Part shown: one piece after another, positions 9,661 to 19,252 of the stretch | Numbering within the stretch: position 1 is the stretch's first letter | Layout: each line of letters opens with the position of its first letter | IMG/VR virus record: IMGVR_UViG_3300032309_003726 | DNA length: 64,000 nucleotides | Strand: one strand, 5' to 3' | Source of the DNA: an uncultured virus (IMG/VR IMGVR_UViG_3300032309_003726) | Lineage: Duplodnaviria > Heunggongvirae > Uroviricota > Caudoviricetes | Program-made: the position numbers and the translations under genes | The notes under the pieces: model-generated | Database searches by the model: none | Told to the model about the DNA's origin: nothing | The model's input: the letters and a program-made list of their open reading frames with translations, nothing else

Positions 9661-9867
9661 TCAAAGAATCGGTGAATCGGTGACAACAACTTCGATACCA
9701 AAAGCACCTGCTCTAAGGAAAGCTGCGTAGCCCATTTTTTTTATTTTCTGCAAAAGATCTGAAATCTTTTGTCCATCTTTAACAACAATATTCACAGAGA
9801 CGTTGTTAATGTCTTTTTCAAAATCAACTAAATCATCACTTAATTTTTTAATGTCTTGTATAAGCAT
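9661..9867 (-). CDS. hypothetical protein
   Basis: 68-aa ORF. Confidence 0.5.
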   Translation of the reverse strand: MLIQDIKKLSDDLVDFEKDINNVSVNIVVKDGQKISDLLQKIKKMGYAAFLRAGAFGIEVVVTDSPIL

Positions 9868-9882
9868 AGAATATATTAGTTT

Positions 9883-10341
9883 TTAGATTATATTTTTTCT
9901 TTTTCTTTTCTTGGATCTATTTTCTAAATTAATATAAAATACATATGATCTTTTATTCGGTACTAATAATTTGCTACGATCAACAGCTCTGAAGATGAGT
10001 CTTAGCCTTGTGTTTGGGTTTTCGTAAGTCAAAATTTGTTTTAATTTACCAAGCACAGAAATTATAAACTCATAGGATCCTGAGATTCTTATTCCATCTT
10101 CTCCGTAACTTGATCGCTCGACACCTTCGGGTTTTTCTGTCATGGGATGGATGACTATGGGCATATCCGGTTTGAGTGCTTTCCAAAACCTAAGAATCTC
10201 TGCTTTTTTAGCTGACCAGAGTTTTTCTTCAACTTCAATATTTTGCTGCTGTGGAGTTAATTGATTTGACTGAGTTTGATTGTTATCAAACTCATTTATT
10301 ATGAAATCAATAAAATTATTAAATTCTTTGAAGGAAGACAT
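9883..10341 (-). CDS. hypothetical protein with capsid-targeting-like N-terminus (start revised to 10341)
   Basis: MSSFKEFNNF preceded by ATAAATA box; the longer start would overlap the + strand gene. Confidence 0.65.
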   Translation of the reverse strand: MSSFKEFNNFIDFIINEFDNNQTQSNQLTPQQQNIEVEEKLWSAKKAEILRFWKALKPDMPIVIHPMTEKPEGVERSSYGEDGIRISGSYEFIISVLGKLKQILTYENPNTRLRLIFRAVDRSKLLVPNKRSYVFYINLENRSKKRKRKNII

Positions 10342-10384
10342 ACAATATTTATGAAATTGGTGATAAATAATTAAAAGGTAGATT

Positions 10385-10726
10385 ATGATAGGAAAAATAA
10401 ATATTGTATTAGACAAAATACTGGCGGTAATTGCGTGTCTCGCATTGCTGGTTACGCTAGGAACAATAGGGTATAACGAATTTGCCCAACAAGAAATCAA
10501 AGTTGTGGTGAATCTAAAAGATAATGAGGATCCATTTTTTGCTTTAAGGCAAATTGTACCTGTGGATTGCCGACTCAAAGAGATACGTCAGGTTGATAAA
10601 ACAAATAATCAATATGAACTAACACTCTTCACAAGAAGAGAAAAAAGCAATCTTCTAGAATGGCTACTAAAAAGTTCAAGAGTTGAAGAAGCAGAGATCA
10701 AAAACAAAGTTTTGAAAGAAAATTAA
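10385..10726 (+). CDS. membrane-anchored hypothetical protein
   Basis: N-terminal hydrophobic helix, 113 aa. Confidence 0.6.
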   Translation: MIGKINIVLDKILAVIACLALLVTLGTIGYNEFAQQEIKVVVNLKDNEDPFFALRQIVPVDCRLKEIRQVDKTNNQYELTLFTRREKSNLLEWLLKSSRVEEAEIKNKVLKEN

Positions 10727-11676
10727 ATAAAAGACTCAAGAATGGCTGATGGCTTGCAAACGCATTCTTTTTTATTTTTTTGATAATCTTCTAAAAATAT
10801 TTTTAAATTTTCGCTCACTTCCAAGAGTAAAGTTTGCCAGTCGTCTTTCTTTCTAAATATTTGTACACTGTCATACCAAATTGTTTTTTGATCATCCCCC
10901 CACCTCCATTCGCCAACCTCGGGGTCTGACAAAAGCCAAGTCTTCACACCCATAGACCCCGCTAAGTGAACTATCGAAGTGTCCACGGTGATTACCAAAT
11001 CCATACTTTTAACTAGGTACGCTGTTTGGTTCCAATCTATCATTGCATTTCGGTAATCAAAATAATTTTTTGGAGGATCAAAAATTCTACACAAACTAAA
11101 AAATTTAAAATTGTCACAAACATTCAAAATTTCAAGCAAGTTAACGGGTATTGATCTTTTGTAATCAAGAGCATTAAATGGATTACCGCACCAACAAACT
11201 CCCACTTTTGGAAATTTTAACAAAGGCAAAACTTGAATTGCTGCGTTTGGGGGAACGGCGGTGTTCAGAGTCAAATATGGCACGCCTTTTATTTCATCTT
11301 TTTTAATATTTAAAACTTTGGGCAAAGCCATCATGTGGATAACTTTATCAAAGTTTGATGGTTGTTTTTGTTTGTCCAAAACCTCAATACCACCAAATAA
11401 ATTATCAAACTCTTGATTGCAATGTAAAATTATTTTTTTAACTAATTTTTTAGCATTTTCAACGAATCTAAAAAACTGGATGGTGTCGCCATCACCAAAA
11501 AGAGCATCAATCAATAACGTAATATCTTCTTTTTGCCCATTCCAAACCAACTTGTCGTAGTTTGGGCTTAAAGAAAAAACATTGTTTCCAGTTCCTACCA
11601 CAATATCATTATGTTCTGGCCAACCACTTTCATAATCGCCAGATCGCAATAATTTTATTTTTTCTTGCCAACTCAT
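10723..11676 (-). CDS. GT-B / glycosyltransferase family 9-like protein (C-terminal part of TPR-GT9 family)
   Basis: GDGDTIQFFRF, VGVCWCGNP, MDLVITVDTSIVHLAGSMG, WRW..WYDSV.IFR. Confidence 0.85.
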   Translation of the reverse strand: MSWQEKIKLLRSGDYESGWPEHNDIVVGTGNNVFSLSPNYDKLVWNGQKEDITLLIDALFGDGDTIQFFRFVENAKKLVKKIILHCNQEFDNLFGGIEVLDKQKQPSNFDKVIHMMALPKVLNIKKDEIKGVPYLTLNTAVPPNAAIQVLPLLKFPKVGVCWCGNPFNALDYKRSIPVNLLEILNVCDNFKFFSLCRIFDPPKNYFDYRNAMIDWNQTAYLVKSMDLVITVDTSIVHLAGSMGVKTWLLSDPEVGEWRWGDDQKTIWYDSVQIFRKKDDWQTLLLEVSENLKIFLEDYQKNKKECVCKPSAILESFI

Positions 11677-11690
11677 AGAAGTATTATAAC

Positions 11691-11843
11691 AAAAAACCCC
11701 ACCGGGGAGAAGGGACGAGGTTCTCTACCCGGTGGGGGACGTAACGCTGTTATCCGGCTAAACAGCGGTCAACCTTGCCGGTAAGTTGACAACATCTAAC
11801 AACCAGCAAGGGGCGACACAACAACCAACCCCTACTGGCAATA
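11691..11843 (-). ncRNA. putative structured non-coding RNA (four hairpins, intrinsic terminator)
   Basis: GC-rich intergenic island; stems GCCAGUAGGGG/CCCCUUGCUGGU, GUCAAC/GUUGAC, CGCUGUU/AACAGCG, CCCCACCGGG/CCCGGUGGGG + U6. Confidence 0.6.
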
Positions 11844-11874
11844 AGACTATATATTAATTATTTTATTTTTTTTG

Positions 11875-12612
11875 TCAATAGACCGATTGGGTGTTTTTCC
11901 CCAAAAAAGGAAGATAAAATTTTCTACAAAATTCATTAGCTAAATTAACATCGAATTCAAAATTTTCTTTCCTGTTTTTGAAAGAAATAGATAATTTTTG
12001 AAGTGATTTGTCACACATCATATTCAAATAATCCTTGTTATATTTCTCAGGTTCTGTTTTGATGGAAAAAATAAGATCACGAAATTGTTTATCGATTTTA
12101 CTTATATTAACCGGATAAACACCTGTTTCAAAAAAAGTTTGACCACAAAAAGAAAGTCTAAATAAATGAGAAAAGTTTTTGGGGCTAAAGCCAAAAGATT
12201 CTATTGTATTTTTTCTTTTGCTCCCCAAACTACCAGTTCTTTCTCCGTTTGCCAATCTTTTTTCGTTTTCAATATATCCCAACAAACTTTTATAGAAAGT
12301 TTCGCTATTTATTAAATTGTACTTGTGACTGCGAATTTCTTTAAACTCATCGGCAATGATAATAAAGTCATCCTCATCAGCAAATAAAATTTCAAGCATT
12401 TGCGTATTTGTTTTTTTTAAACCTCTTAGATAATGAACAAGTTCAAAATAAAGTGAATCTTCAGAGTGTTGCTTCAAAACATCAAATCGATTCAACCCCA
12501 AAATTTTGTCAAATTCCGTATTTAAAAAAACACCACGTTTATCCACATCCGAGGAAGGAGTGTCGAGACCATAAAGGTGACTACCACCTATAATTTCGGC
12601 TATTATTTTCAA
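11875..12612 (-). CDS. Pol-beta superfamily nucleotidyltransferase (RlaP/YcgL-like)
   Basis: GGSHLYGLDTPSSDVDKRGVF motif. Confidence 0.85.
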   Translation of the reverse strand: MKIIAEIIGGSHLYGLDTPSSDVDKRGVFLNTEFDKILGLNRFDVLKQHSEDSLYFELVHYLRGLKKTNTQMLEILFADEDDFIIIADEFKEIRSHKYNLINSETFYKSLLGYIENEKRLANGERTGSLGSKRKNTIESFGFSPKNFSHLFRLSFCGQTFFETGVYPVNISKIDKQFRDLIFSIKTEPEKYNKDYLNMMCDKSLQKLSISFKNRKENFEFDVNLANEFCRKFYLPFLGKNTQSVY

Positions 12613-12869
12613 GGAACGACCTCCGCCGTGTCATCTTCTGTTATTGCTTCAAAATCGGAGTTTTTAGGAGCGACAACAACCCACACAGGCTTTGTCGCAG
12701 ACCAGCCGCCACCTAGAACAAAAATTTTAGCACCTTTCAACTCTGGGGGAAGTTTATAGTTGGATGTGACATCTTGAAAGTCAACATCTGATTTAGAACA
12801 TCCAAAAAAAATAGACAAAAAAACTAAAATTATCAAACTAAGTGACTTTTCTTTCATCTTAAACCCCAA
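12609..12869 (-). CDS. putative lipoprotein
   Basis: Hydrophobic leader with FFGC lipobox-like motif. Confidence 0.5.
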   Translation of the reverse strand: MGFKMKEKSLSLIILVFLSIFFGCSKSDVDFQDVTSNYKLPPELKGAKIFVLGGGWSATKPVWVVVAPKNSDFEAITEDDTAEVVP

Positions 12870-13288
12870 TCTTTTTTCTCAAATTTTCTATATCTGGTTT
12901 CTACGTCAACACACTCACTGGGATCGAGGTTTTGCATCACCAGAACGGGGTTTGGCGGCTTTTTAGAATTTTCAGTGACTCGCACCTCCATCATAAACCC
13001 GGTGGTTTTAAGTAGTCTAAGTCTTACCATTCCATCTTCGCCATAAGATTCCTTTATTTCATTTGTATTTTTGTCTACAATTTTAATCAAATGGTATTCG
13101 TGATATTTTTCTACAACGTAATATGGGTCTACATTTTCGGGACAAAAGATGGCAGAGTTCGTTGTTGTGGGAATATAGCAATAAAGAAAAAAAATTATGA
13201 AAGATGCCAATAGTATTGAAAATACTGACATGTACATGTTTTCAATAGACCGCTTTCGGAGCGTTCGGAGCGTTTTAAATTCGTTCAT
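12854..13288 (-). CDS. membrane-anchored hypothetical protein
   Basis: One TM helix; overlapping operon arrangement. Confidence 0.55.
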   Translation of the reverse strand: MNEFKTLRTLRKRSIENMYMSVFSILLASFIIFFLYCYIPTTTNSAIFCPENVDPYYVVEKYHEYHLIKIVDKNTNEIKESYGEDGMVRLRLLKTTGFMMEVRVTENSKKPPNPVLVMQNLDPSECVDVETRYRKFEKKDWGLR

Positions 13289-13524
13289 TTTGGTGTTCTC
13301 TCATCTTCTGGTCTGTGTGGTGGAAACAAATTAGGCCATTGGTGTCTGGCTCGTAATTCGTAAACATCATATCTGATATTTTTTACATCTTCGCTTATCT
13401 TGTATGAAGTAAAAGTCATTATGAGTACCAACATCATAATGATAATCATGTTAAACAAAATAACTGCTTTAAATAACTTATCGTTTTCGTTCATTTTTTC
13501 TTTTCTCCGTATATAAATTTCCAC
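13285..13524 (-). CDS. small membrane protein
   Basis: TM helix; true start probably the MNEND Met. Confidence 0.5.
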   Translation of the reverse strand: MEIYIRRKEKMNENDKLFKAVILFNMIIIMMLVLIMTFTSYKISEDVKNIRYDVYELRARHQWPNLFPPHRPEDERTPK

Positions 13525-13778
13525 TCGGATAAATCCACATCAACATCAGTAGCGATTTTAATTTTGTTTGCTATGTCTAGTGCGTTAGATGTAATTTCAA
13601 TTACTGCATCACGGCCAATTTGGGCACACAACCCCATTTCTAACACACTAGCATCATTCATAATATGTTGAATAATAGATTCCCATTGTTGCTTTGTGAG
13701 GGACAGGGTGGCGGTAATGATTTTATTGTTATCATTCATTTTATTCACTACACTTACATGCAAATTCATCATTTTCAA
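13491..13778 (-). CDS. hypothetical protein
   Basis: ORF in tiled minus-strand operon; start uncertain. Confidence 0.5.
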   Translation of the reverse strand: MKMMNLHVSVVNKMNDNNKIITATLSLTKQQWESIIQHIMNDASVLEMGLCAQIGRDAVIEITSNALDIANKIKIATDVDVDLSEWKFIYGEKKK

Positions 13779-14520
13779 AATTGCACTTTACCCTCTCTTT
13801 AGATCCATCTTCTTTTACAACGTCCTTAAAATAAGTTCTTGGTTCAAGATAATACCCACACTTTTTGCAATATTTTTCATTCAAGCAATCAATTAGTTTA
13901 ACCATTTGGTTACCTATGACCAATTCGTCAACTAATTTAATCCAAGCTATGTTTTCTCTAGTATCATTAAGTCTATAGTGTTTTTCTTCTATTATATTAA
14001 CCCAAACATCTATTGGGTCTTTTTCATCGCAACCATCAATCTCAACACAGTCTTTTAATTGTAAACTTGATGGGAGTTCGATGTATCCAAATCTATCTTC
14101 TCTTTTAAATATGCCTTGTTCAATTTGACTTAAATCTAAAAATTGCAATTTGTCGCTGTGATCATCGCCCCAAATACACCCAGAAACAAATCCATACTGT
14201 CCTTTACCTTCTTTTGGAACGTAAAACTCCATTGGACAAAATCCATACCCATCTCTTTCTTCGCCACAAACATCTACACAATCAGGCAGACTCATGACTC
14301 TTGTTCCGGTATAATCTGTAGAATACAGGGCATAAATCTTGCCATTTTGTTCAAAAGGACAAAATGTATCAAAAAAACTAGAATAGTTTCTTTGATAAGA
14401 ACCTATTTGTTTTCCTTCGTAAAGTATTTTAACATTTAAATAATCCCAACAACCCAGTTTGGTTGGTGCTTTTTCAACTTCGACAGTGTATTGATTTAAA
14501 TCAGTCATTGGTTTGCTCAA
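13741..14520 (-). CDS. hypothetical protein
   Basis: 259-aa ORF, GFCPMEFYVP and GFVSGCIWGDD motifs, C-terminal CxxC. Confidence 0.65.
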   Translation of the reverse strand: MSKPMTDLNQYTVEVEKAPTKLGCWDYLNVKILYEGKQIGSYQRNYSSFFDTFCPFEQNGKIYALYSTDYTGTRVMSLPDCVDVCGEERDGYGFCPMEFYVPKEGKGQYGFVSGCIWGDDHSDKLQFLDLSQIEQGIFKREDRFGYIELPSSLQLKDCVEIDGCDEKDPIDVWVNIIEEKHYRLNDTRENIAWIKLVDELVIGNQMVKLIDCLNEKYCKKCGYYLEPRTYFKDVVKEDGSKERVKCNFENDEFACKCSE

Positions 14521-14950
14521 TTTGCTTTGTGTTGTTTGTGATATAATCTAATGCACTCAACCCATTCTCAAAATTGTGTAAAGCAAGTATAGTAAAATAT
14601 ATCTCTAACTCACCATAGCCATTTTTTGATCTTACTCCTTCACAGCATCCATAAATATTTTTTTCTAAATAATCATAGAAATGAAATCTTGTTGATTGAT
14701 CTACAAAATCTTTCATTTCTTGAATAATGTTTGATTTATGATGATCCATTTTACAAAATGGAATGTGAATATTTAATTTTTTTGCTTTTTCTAGCATTTC
14801 GGACTTAGTAATAATACACAAGTTCTTTCCGTTGTATGTTGTCTGGTGGTTTTCATTAAATATGTTTTTACCGAAAACTAAATGATTTTTTAAACTAATT
14901 CCAATAAAAGCCGCAGACAAAGCCGAATTTAAAAAATGTCTTCTTTTCAT
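14501..14950 (-). CDS. hypothetical protein with Tat-like leader
   Basis: MKRRHFL..ALSAA resembles a twin-arginine signal. Confidence 0.5.
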   Translation of the reverse strand: MKRRHFLNSALSAAFIGISLKNHLVFGKNIFNENHQTTYNGKNLCIITKSEMLEKAKKLNIHIPFCKMDHHKSNIIQEMKDFVDQSTRFHFYDYLEKNIYGCCEGVRSKNGYGELEIYFTILALHNFENGLSALDYITNNTKQIEQTND

Positions 14951-15210
14951 GATCTAACTCCTGAGGTTTTTAAATCCAGGACTTCTAAAAAACAATCTCT
15001 ACAAAAGCAATTTTTCCTAATTTCTTTGATATTGATTACGCCATCCTTGTCAGCTTTTTGAAAATTGCAACCAATAAGACCACCCTCTCTTTTTTCTGCA
15101 ACGTATATGTTGCCCTCAACGACAAATCCATTGGGAGGAGATTTGTCGTTTGGCGTAGGCATTATCATCTTTTCGCATCTATCACACAGATAAACTTCAA
15201 TCGTTTTCAT
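14947..15210 (-). CDS. small Zn-finger protein
   Basis: CDRC...CRDC pairs. Confidence 0.6.
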   Translation of the reverse strand: MKTIEVYLCDRCEKMIMPTPNDKSPPNGFVVEGNIYVAEKREGGLIGCNFQKADKDGVINIKEIRKNCFCRDCFLEVLDLKTSGVRS

Positions 15211-15312
15211 TTTTTACCCTTTTCATGAAATCATTGTAACTTAAATCGGTCTCCTTTACAAATTCATTTTGTTCCATCTTAGAAGCAACAGCAAAGTAAA
15301 TGAATAGTGTTT

Positions 15313-16239
15313 TCATCTGAATTCGGCAAGGAAACCCAGTCCCTTTAGGGGGTGGGTAATTGACTGATTGTTTACCGCATCTTTTTGAAGTAATTTAAAA
15401 CCCTCTTCACATAAAGGTGCTGGACCACCTTCTTCAGATATTGCCTTACCGCCGCATTGTTTGCAGTCTTTGGCGTGTTGTGTGAATAATGGATGTTCGA
15501 AAACTTTATTCTCTCTTTTAGCAACAGGATCGTCCGGAGTCCTCATTCCTTTTCCGTCAAAAAATGCTTCGTAACCGGCAATTTCACCCCACTTTCCATC
15601 TTCATATGCATAATGTTTAAATAACAAAGAAACAGGCTCTTCGTCTTTAAAGATTATATTAGCAACTCTAAACTCGCTCCAAAATTTAGTTTTTCCTTCT
15701 TCTTCTATTTCCAATTGAGATGCTTCAAATAACTGGGTTACAGGTGGTTTAGAGATTGAGCGATTCCAATTAAAGTCTAAATTTCCACTCAATACAGGCA
15801 TAAAGTAATTTTTTCTACCTATTGGTTGAATTATTCCTCCGTTTGGAGTGCCTCCACCCAACACCCATAAATTTTCTTCATGAAAATATCTTGTTAACTC
15901 AACTTGAACTACCGGAACAATTTCTCTTCTTCCTCCAATATGAATGCTTTGAACAGTTCCATTGGCTTTTGAAGAAAGATAACTAATAGGTTCAGGAGAT
16001 TTTTGAAATTTGCTATTTTTTTCTTGTGTGTTGTCCAAAGAACTACTCATAAAAGAACCAAATACAATTACCCAACTAATTATTGATATTATAAACGCTA
16101 CGCTGAAGGCCCAATAAGCATCTTTCCCATAATTTAATTTAAATATGTGTACAATAAGACCCAAAACAAACAACACACACATAGCAACAATGATCGAACA
16201 TGCGGTTGCTGCCACCGAGGATACTAAAATTTTAATCAT
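15313..16239 (-). CDS. membrane-anchored hypothetical protein; C-terminus read through an IS-end hairpin
   Basis: Two TM helices; last residues SITHPLKGLGFLAEFR encoded by the hairpin at 15329-15364. Confidence 0.6.
   Translation of the reverse strand: MIKILVSSVAATACSIIVAMCVLFVLGLIVHIFKLNYGKDAYWAFSVAFIISIISWVIVFGSFMSSSLDNTQEKNSKFQKSPEPISYLSSKANGTVQSIHIGGRREIVPVVQVELTRYFHEENLWVLGGGTPNGGIIQPIGRKNYFMPVLSGNLDFNWNRSISKPPVTQLFEASQLEIEEEGKTKFWSEFRVANIIFKDEEPVSLLFKHYAYEDGKWGEIAGYEAFFDGKGMRTPDDPVAKRENKVFEHPLFTQHAKDCKQCGGKAISEEGGPAPLCEEGFKLLQKDAVNNQSITHPLKGLGFLAEFR
15317..15364 (-). mobile_element. IS200/IS605-superfamily (IscB/TnpB-type) end-hairpin remnant
   Basis: GTCAATTACCCACCCCCTAAAGGGACTGGGTTTCCTTGCCGAATT: GTCAA..ACCC..CCC-TAAA-GGG..GGGT hairpin typical of these element ends. 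Confidence 0.5.
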
Positions 16240-16922
16240 TTCGACTCCGCATCTAAAGAGGGTTGGTTGAGATCAAATTTTTGAAAAACAAAACCGAATC
16301 CTAAAATTTGCATTTTTACTTCCACAAAAAAATCTGTTTTTGTAAACTTAAAACCTGTGTCAATTTTATTGAAATGCAAACCATAATTATTTTCTTTTTC
16401 TCTTGGCTTTGAAAAAAATAAAAGAACCTCTGGTGAGGTAAATCTTAGTTGATTGGATTTTATTTTAAAAATAGAAAGAGTTTTGTTTTTAATGAATTTT
16501 TTAAATCTATAAGATATTTTATTGCGTTCTTTTTTATCTTTTTCTAAAAATTTTTGCATCTTTAATTTAATAGATTCGTGTTCAATTTTTTTATAATCTA
16601 TTAAATTTATTGCATCCAAAATCCCGTCTGTGAACTTGGCTTCAAAATCTGCACAAAAATCCAAAGTGTCTGCTTGTTCGTATGTGTAAAATCTTATTTT
16701 CCCATGATATTGAAGATTTATTTTTTTAACTGGTTCATCTGATTTTTTTTCACAATCCCAAGGTGCATCTAATTCATACAAATTGCGATCATCTGCTATA
16801 AGATAGGCAGACATGGAGTTATCGAGAGACTTTGTTTGAAACTCAATATCAAATTTCTTCATTTCCTCTGGTAGAGGCAGGTGAATAGATTTGTCTACCT
16901 TGATATAATCAAACATTCCCAT
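16236..16922 (-). CDS. phage hypothetical protein
   Basis: MGMFDYI...FQTKSLD...YHG.IRFY...FEAKFTDG pattern common in phage proteins. Confidence 0.65.
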   Translation of the reverse strand: MGMFDYIKVDKSIHLPLPEEMKKFDIEFQTKSLDNSMSAYLIADDRNLYELDAPWDCEKKSDEPVKKINLQYHGKIRFYTYEQADTLDFCADFEAKFTDGILDAINLIDYKKIEHESIKLKMQKFLEKDKKERNKISYRFKKFIKNKTLSIFKIKSNQLRFTSPEVLLFFSKPREKENNYGLHFNKIDTGFKFTKTDFFVEVKMQILGFGFVFQKFDLNQPSLDAESK

Positions 16923-16932
16923 AATATTTCTC

Positions 16933-17460
16933 CTAAGTATCTAACCAAGTAACCAATAACAACTCGGCTTTAGGATATTGTTTTTCGAGCGTGTCGTAAA
17001 CAAGTTTACCGCTTTCGTTTAGATCTTTGTATTGACAACGCCAATAATCTTGATGTTGCCCACCATACCCACTCCATCCGGTGCTGCCCATTGTGATGCA
17101 AGCGAGAAGTGGAAACGATTGATATCTTTCAACATTTTCTTTTTCATTGCTGTGCATGAACGGAAACAATTCTTCTTCTAAAAAAAACCGTTGTCCAATA
17201 TCGTTCTCGAAAACTTTAGATAATTCTTCTTCATTCATTTGGCTATAATTGTCGTGGTTGGGCTTTTGCTCTGTTCCTACTAGAGATTCGGCATAATGGC
17301 TTGTGATGTTGCCGTAGCCGCAGCAAGCACCGCATTCCATAAATTCTTGTTCAACAACCCACAATTCAACAAACATTCCACCTTCGTTGGAGCATTTGTA
17401 TTCTTCTAAGTCAACAGGAAAGTTGACCATGCCGACAATTTTTTTGGTTCTTCTGCTCAT
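16933..17460 (-). CDS. hypothetical protein
   Basis: 175-aa ORF, ECGACCG, ends TWLDT. Confidence 0.65.
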   Translation of the reverse strand: MSRRTKKIVGMVNFPVDLEEYKCSNEGGMFVELWVVEQEFMECGACCGYGNITSHYAESLVGTEQKPNHDNYSQMNEEELSKVFENDIGQRFFLEEELFPFMHSNEKENVERYQSFPLLACITMGSTGWSGYGGQHQDYWRCQYKDLNESGKLVYDTLEKQYPKAELLLVTWLDT

Positions 17461-17466
17461 AAAAAC

Positions 17467-17494
17467 ATTTTACAATAGGTTGAAGAATAGTCAA
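17467..17494 (-). promoter_or_regulatory. sigma70-type promoter TTGACT-N16-TAAAAT
   Basis: Directly upstream (6 nt) of ATG at 17460. Confidence 0.55.
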
Positions 17495-17504
17495 AAAAAA
17501 TATT

Positions 17505-17714
17505 TCACTTTTTTTCTTTAACAAAGTAAACAGGCTTCGAAGAAAAAATCCGACCCATTAAAGTGAGATTGTGGGCCGTTTCGTAAGCCTTAGACTTATC
17601 TTCTGTTTCTAAGACTGTTTCATTAAAGATAGAGATAACGGCATATTTTTTTGTTTGAATAGCGTCTGGTTGGGAACAACCAGATAATGCGATAATTATG
17701 ATTAATTTTTTCAA
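17505..17714 (-). CDS. putative lipoprotein
   Basis: MKKLIIIIALSGC lipobox. Confidence 0.55.
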   Translation of the reverse strand: MKKLIIIIALSGCSQPDAIQTKKYAVISIFNETVLETEDKSKAYETAHNLTLMGRIFSSKPVYFVKEKK

Positions 17715-18370
17715 GTTCCTTCTCCGTGATGATCGAAACTTACAGGCTTGTCTTTAAATTTACTTTTTATTTTATGAAAAGAAATAGGATGCGAACAGTT
17801 TTCTATTCCAACATCGATTATCCTAGCCTGATAAAGAGTTTTTCCCAACTCAGACTTGTATAAATTTCCATGAGAGTGTCCATGTATCATAAAGCCACCT
17901 TTGCTTTGGCCATTAAAAGAAGCAATTGCATAGTGACTCAAAGCACAAGGAAAACCATTGATAAAAGACTCAACATAATTTGGGCAAAATATAACTTGTT
18001 TCTCCGAGTTTACATCAAAAACATTTCCTTCGATGCTTTCAAAAACTTGCTTTGTTCCAGCCGTATGGTTGCCAAAAAGTAAATACATAGTTTTAAAATT
18101 TAAAATTTCAAAATAATTAATCAATCTTTGGAAACCATTGTTACCAAAAAGCATATCACCAAGATTAAAAACAATAGAATCGAAAGACACTGTTTCATTC
18201 CATCTTTTTACAAGAGCAGCATCGTGTTCCTCTACTGTGTTGAACCCTCTTTGTTTGTATAAGGGATTATCCCAATGAACGCAACGGTGGCCCAAGTGCA
18301 TATCAGACCAAAAAAAGATATTATCTTCTTTATCTTCGATCTTTAAAGGTTTGTAAAAAAAATCTTTCAT
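17711..18370 (-). CDS. calcineurin-like metallophosphoesterase
   Basis: SDMHLGH, NLGD, GNH, HGHSHG, DVG motifs. Confidence 0.9.
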   Translation of the reverse strand: MKDFFYKPLKIEDKEDNIFFWSDMHLGHRCVHWDNPLYKQRGFNTVEEHDAALVKRWNETVSFDSIVFNLGDMLFGNNGFQRLINYFEILNFKTMYLLFGNHTAGTKQVFESIEGNVFDVNSEKQVIFCPNYVESFINGFPCALSHYAIASFNGQSKGGFMIHGHSHGNLYKSELGKTLYQARIIDVGIENCSHPISFHKIKSKFKDKPVSFDHHGEGT

Positions 18371-18621
18371 GCTTCGTTTGTAAAATCAGGAGGTTGGATT
18401 GGGCCGTACCAGTACGAATTCAGGTATAATTCGTCGTTAATTGTAGAACAACCGTCCTCATTCGTAAAGAGGTTGCCTTTATCATATTTTGGGGAGTATT
18501 TCCAAACCTCGACCATGCGAGTGTGTCCATGTTGATGACACCAGTAGAATCCAGTTTCTTTAGGTTTTTCTTCAGTCCAGTTCATAGCGGCCTGTCTCTC
18601 GCTTAGTAAATTATAAGTCAC
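18367..18621 (-). CDS. hypothetical phage protein
   Basis: WTEEKPKETGFYW...WYGPIQPP. Confidence 0.6.
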   Translation of the reverse strand: MTYNLLSERQAAMNWTEEKPKETGFYWCHQHGHTRMVEVWKYSPKYDKGNLFTNEDGCSTINDELYLNSYWYGPIQPPDFTNEA

Positions 18622-18666
18622 AATAAGAATTTAGTTTTTTCTTCAAAATCAATTTTTGAAACAATG

Positions 18667-19176
18667 TCAAGAAAAATATTCTTGGTTGTCGTTTAAAATT
18701 TCCTTAAAATTTAAAATGTGAACACCGGTGATTTCATTTGTTTCGAAACTCCTTCTTATCTCTATGTTATCTGTGACACGATCAACATAGTCTGGTTCAT
18801 CTTTAAGATAAATTTTCAAAACATTGAAGTTAACATCATTGTGAACATAGGGGCGAAATATGCTATTAGAACACCACTCGCTTAGGATCTTTATTGCACT
18901 ATCTTCGCCCGAATATTGTTTTTTTATTTGTTTAATTTTATCTAAAATTTTAGGATCACAATTAATAAAGTCAATGCGGTGAAAAAGATTAGGCTTCAAA
19001 TAGAGGCTTAAAGGAGCAAAAACATCTTTAATCCAATTGTCATCAATATCATTAACATTAGTAAAATCAAAAGTTATATCCATGTGAAATTGGTTCAATT
19101 TTGATATAACCTCTTTACAGAGGAGAGAGCCATCGGAGTTTAAATAATTTTTTATTGTGTAAAATAATTTTTCCAT
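18667..19176 (-). CDS. hypothetical protein (STAS/DUF4325-like N-terminus, DUF2283-like C-terminus)
   Basis: ITFDFTNV..I...W...F; C-terminal EITGVHILNF. Confidence 0.45.
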   Translation of the reverse strand: MEKLFYTIKNYLNSDGSLLCKEVISKLNQFHMDITFDFTNVNDIDDNWIKDVFAPLSLYLKPNLFHRIDFINCDPKILDKIKQIKKQYSGEDSAIKILSEWCSNSIFRPYVHNDVNFNVLKIYLKDEPDYVDRVTDNIEIRRSFETNEITGVHILNFKEILNDNQEYFS

Positions 19177-19252
19177 AATTATCTTTCTTGAAGGTAGTGA
19201 TCTAACAACATTCGAATCATCATAATGGAGGAAAACAAAACTAAAATAAATT

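Noticed and set aside
10342..10578. N-terminal extension of ORF 9883-10578
   Set aside because: Antisense to the 10385-10726 gene; the start at 10341 has the promoter box and leader motif
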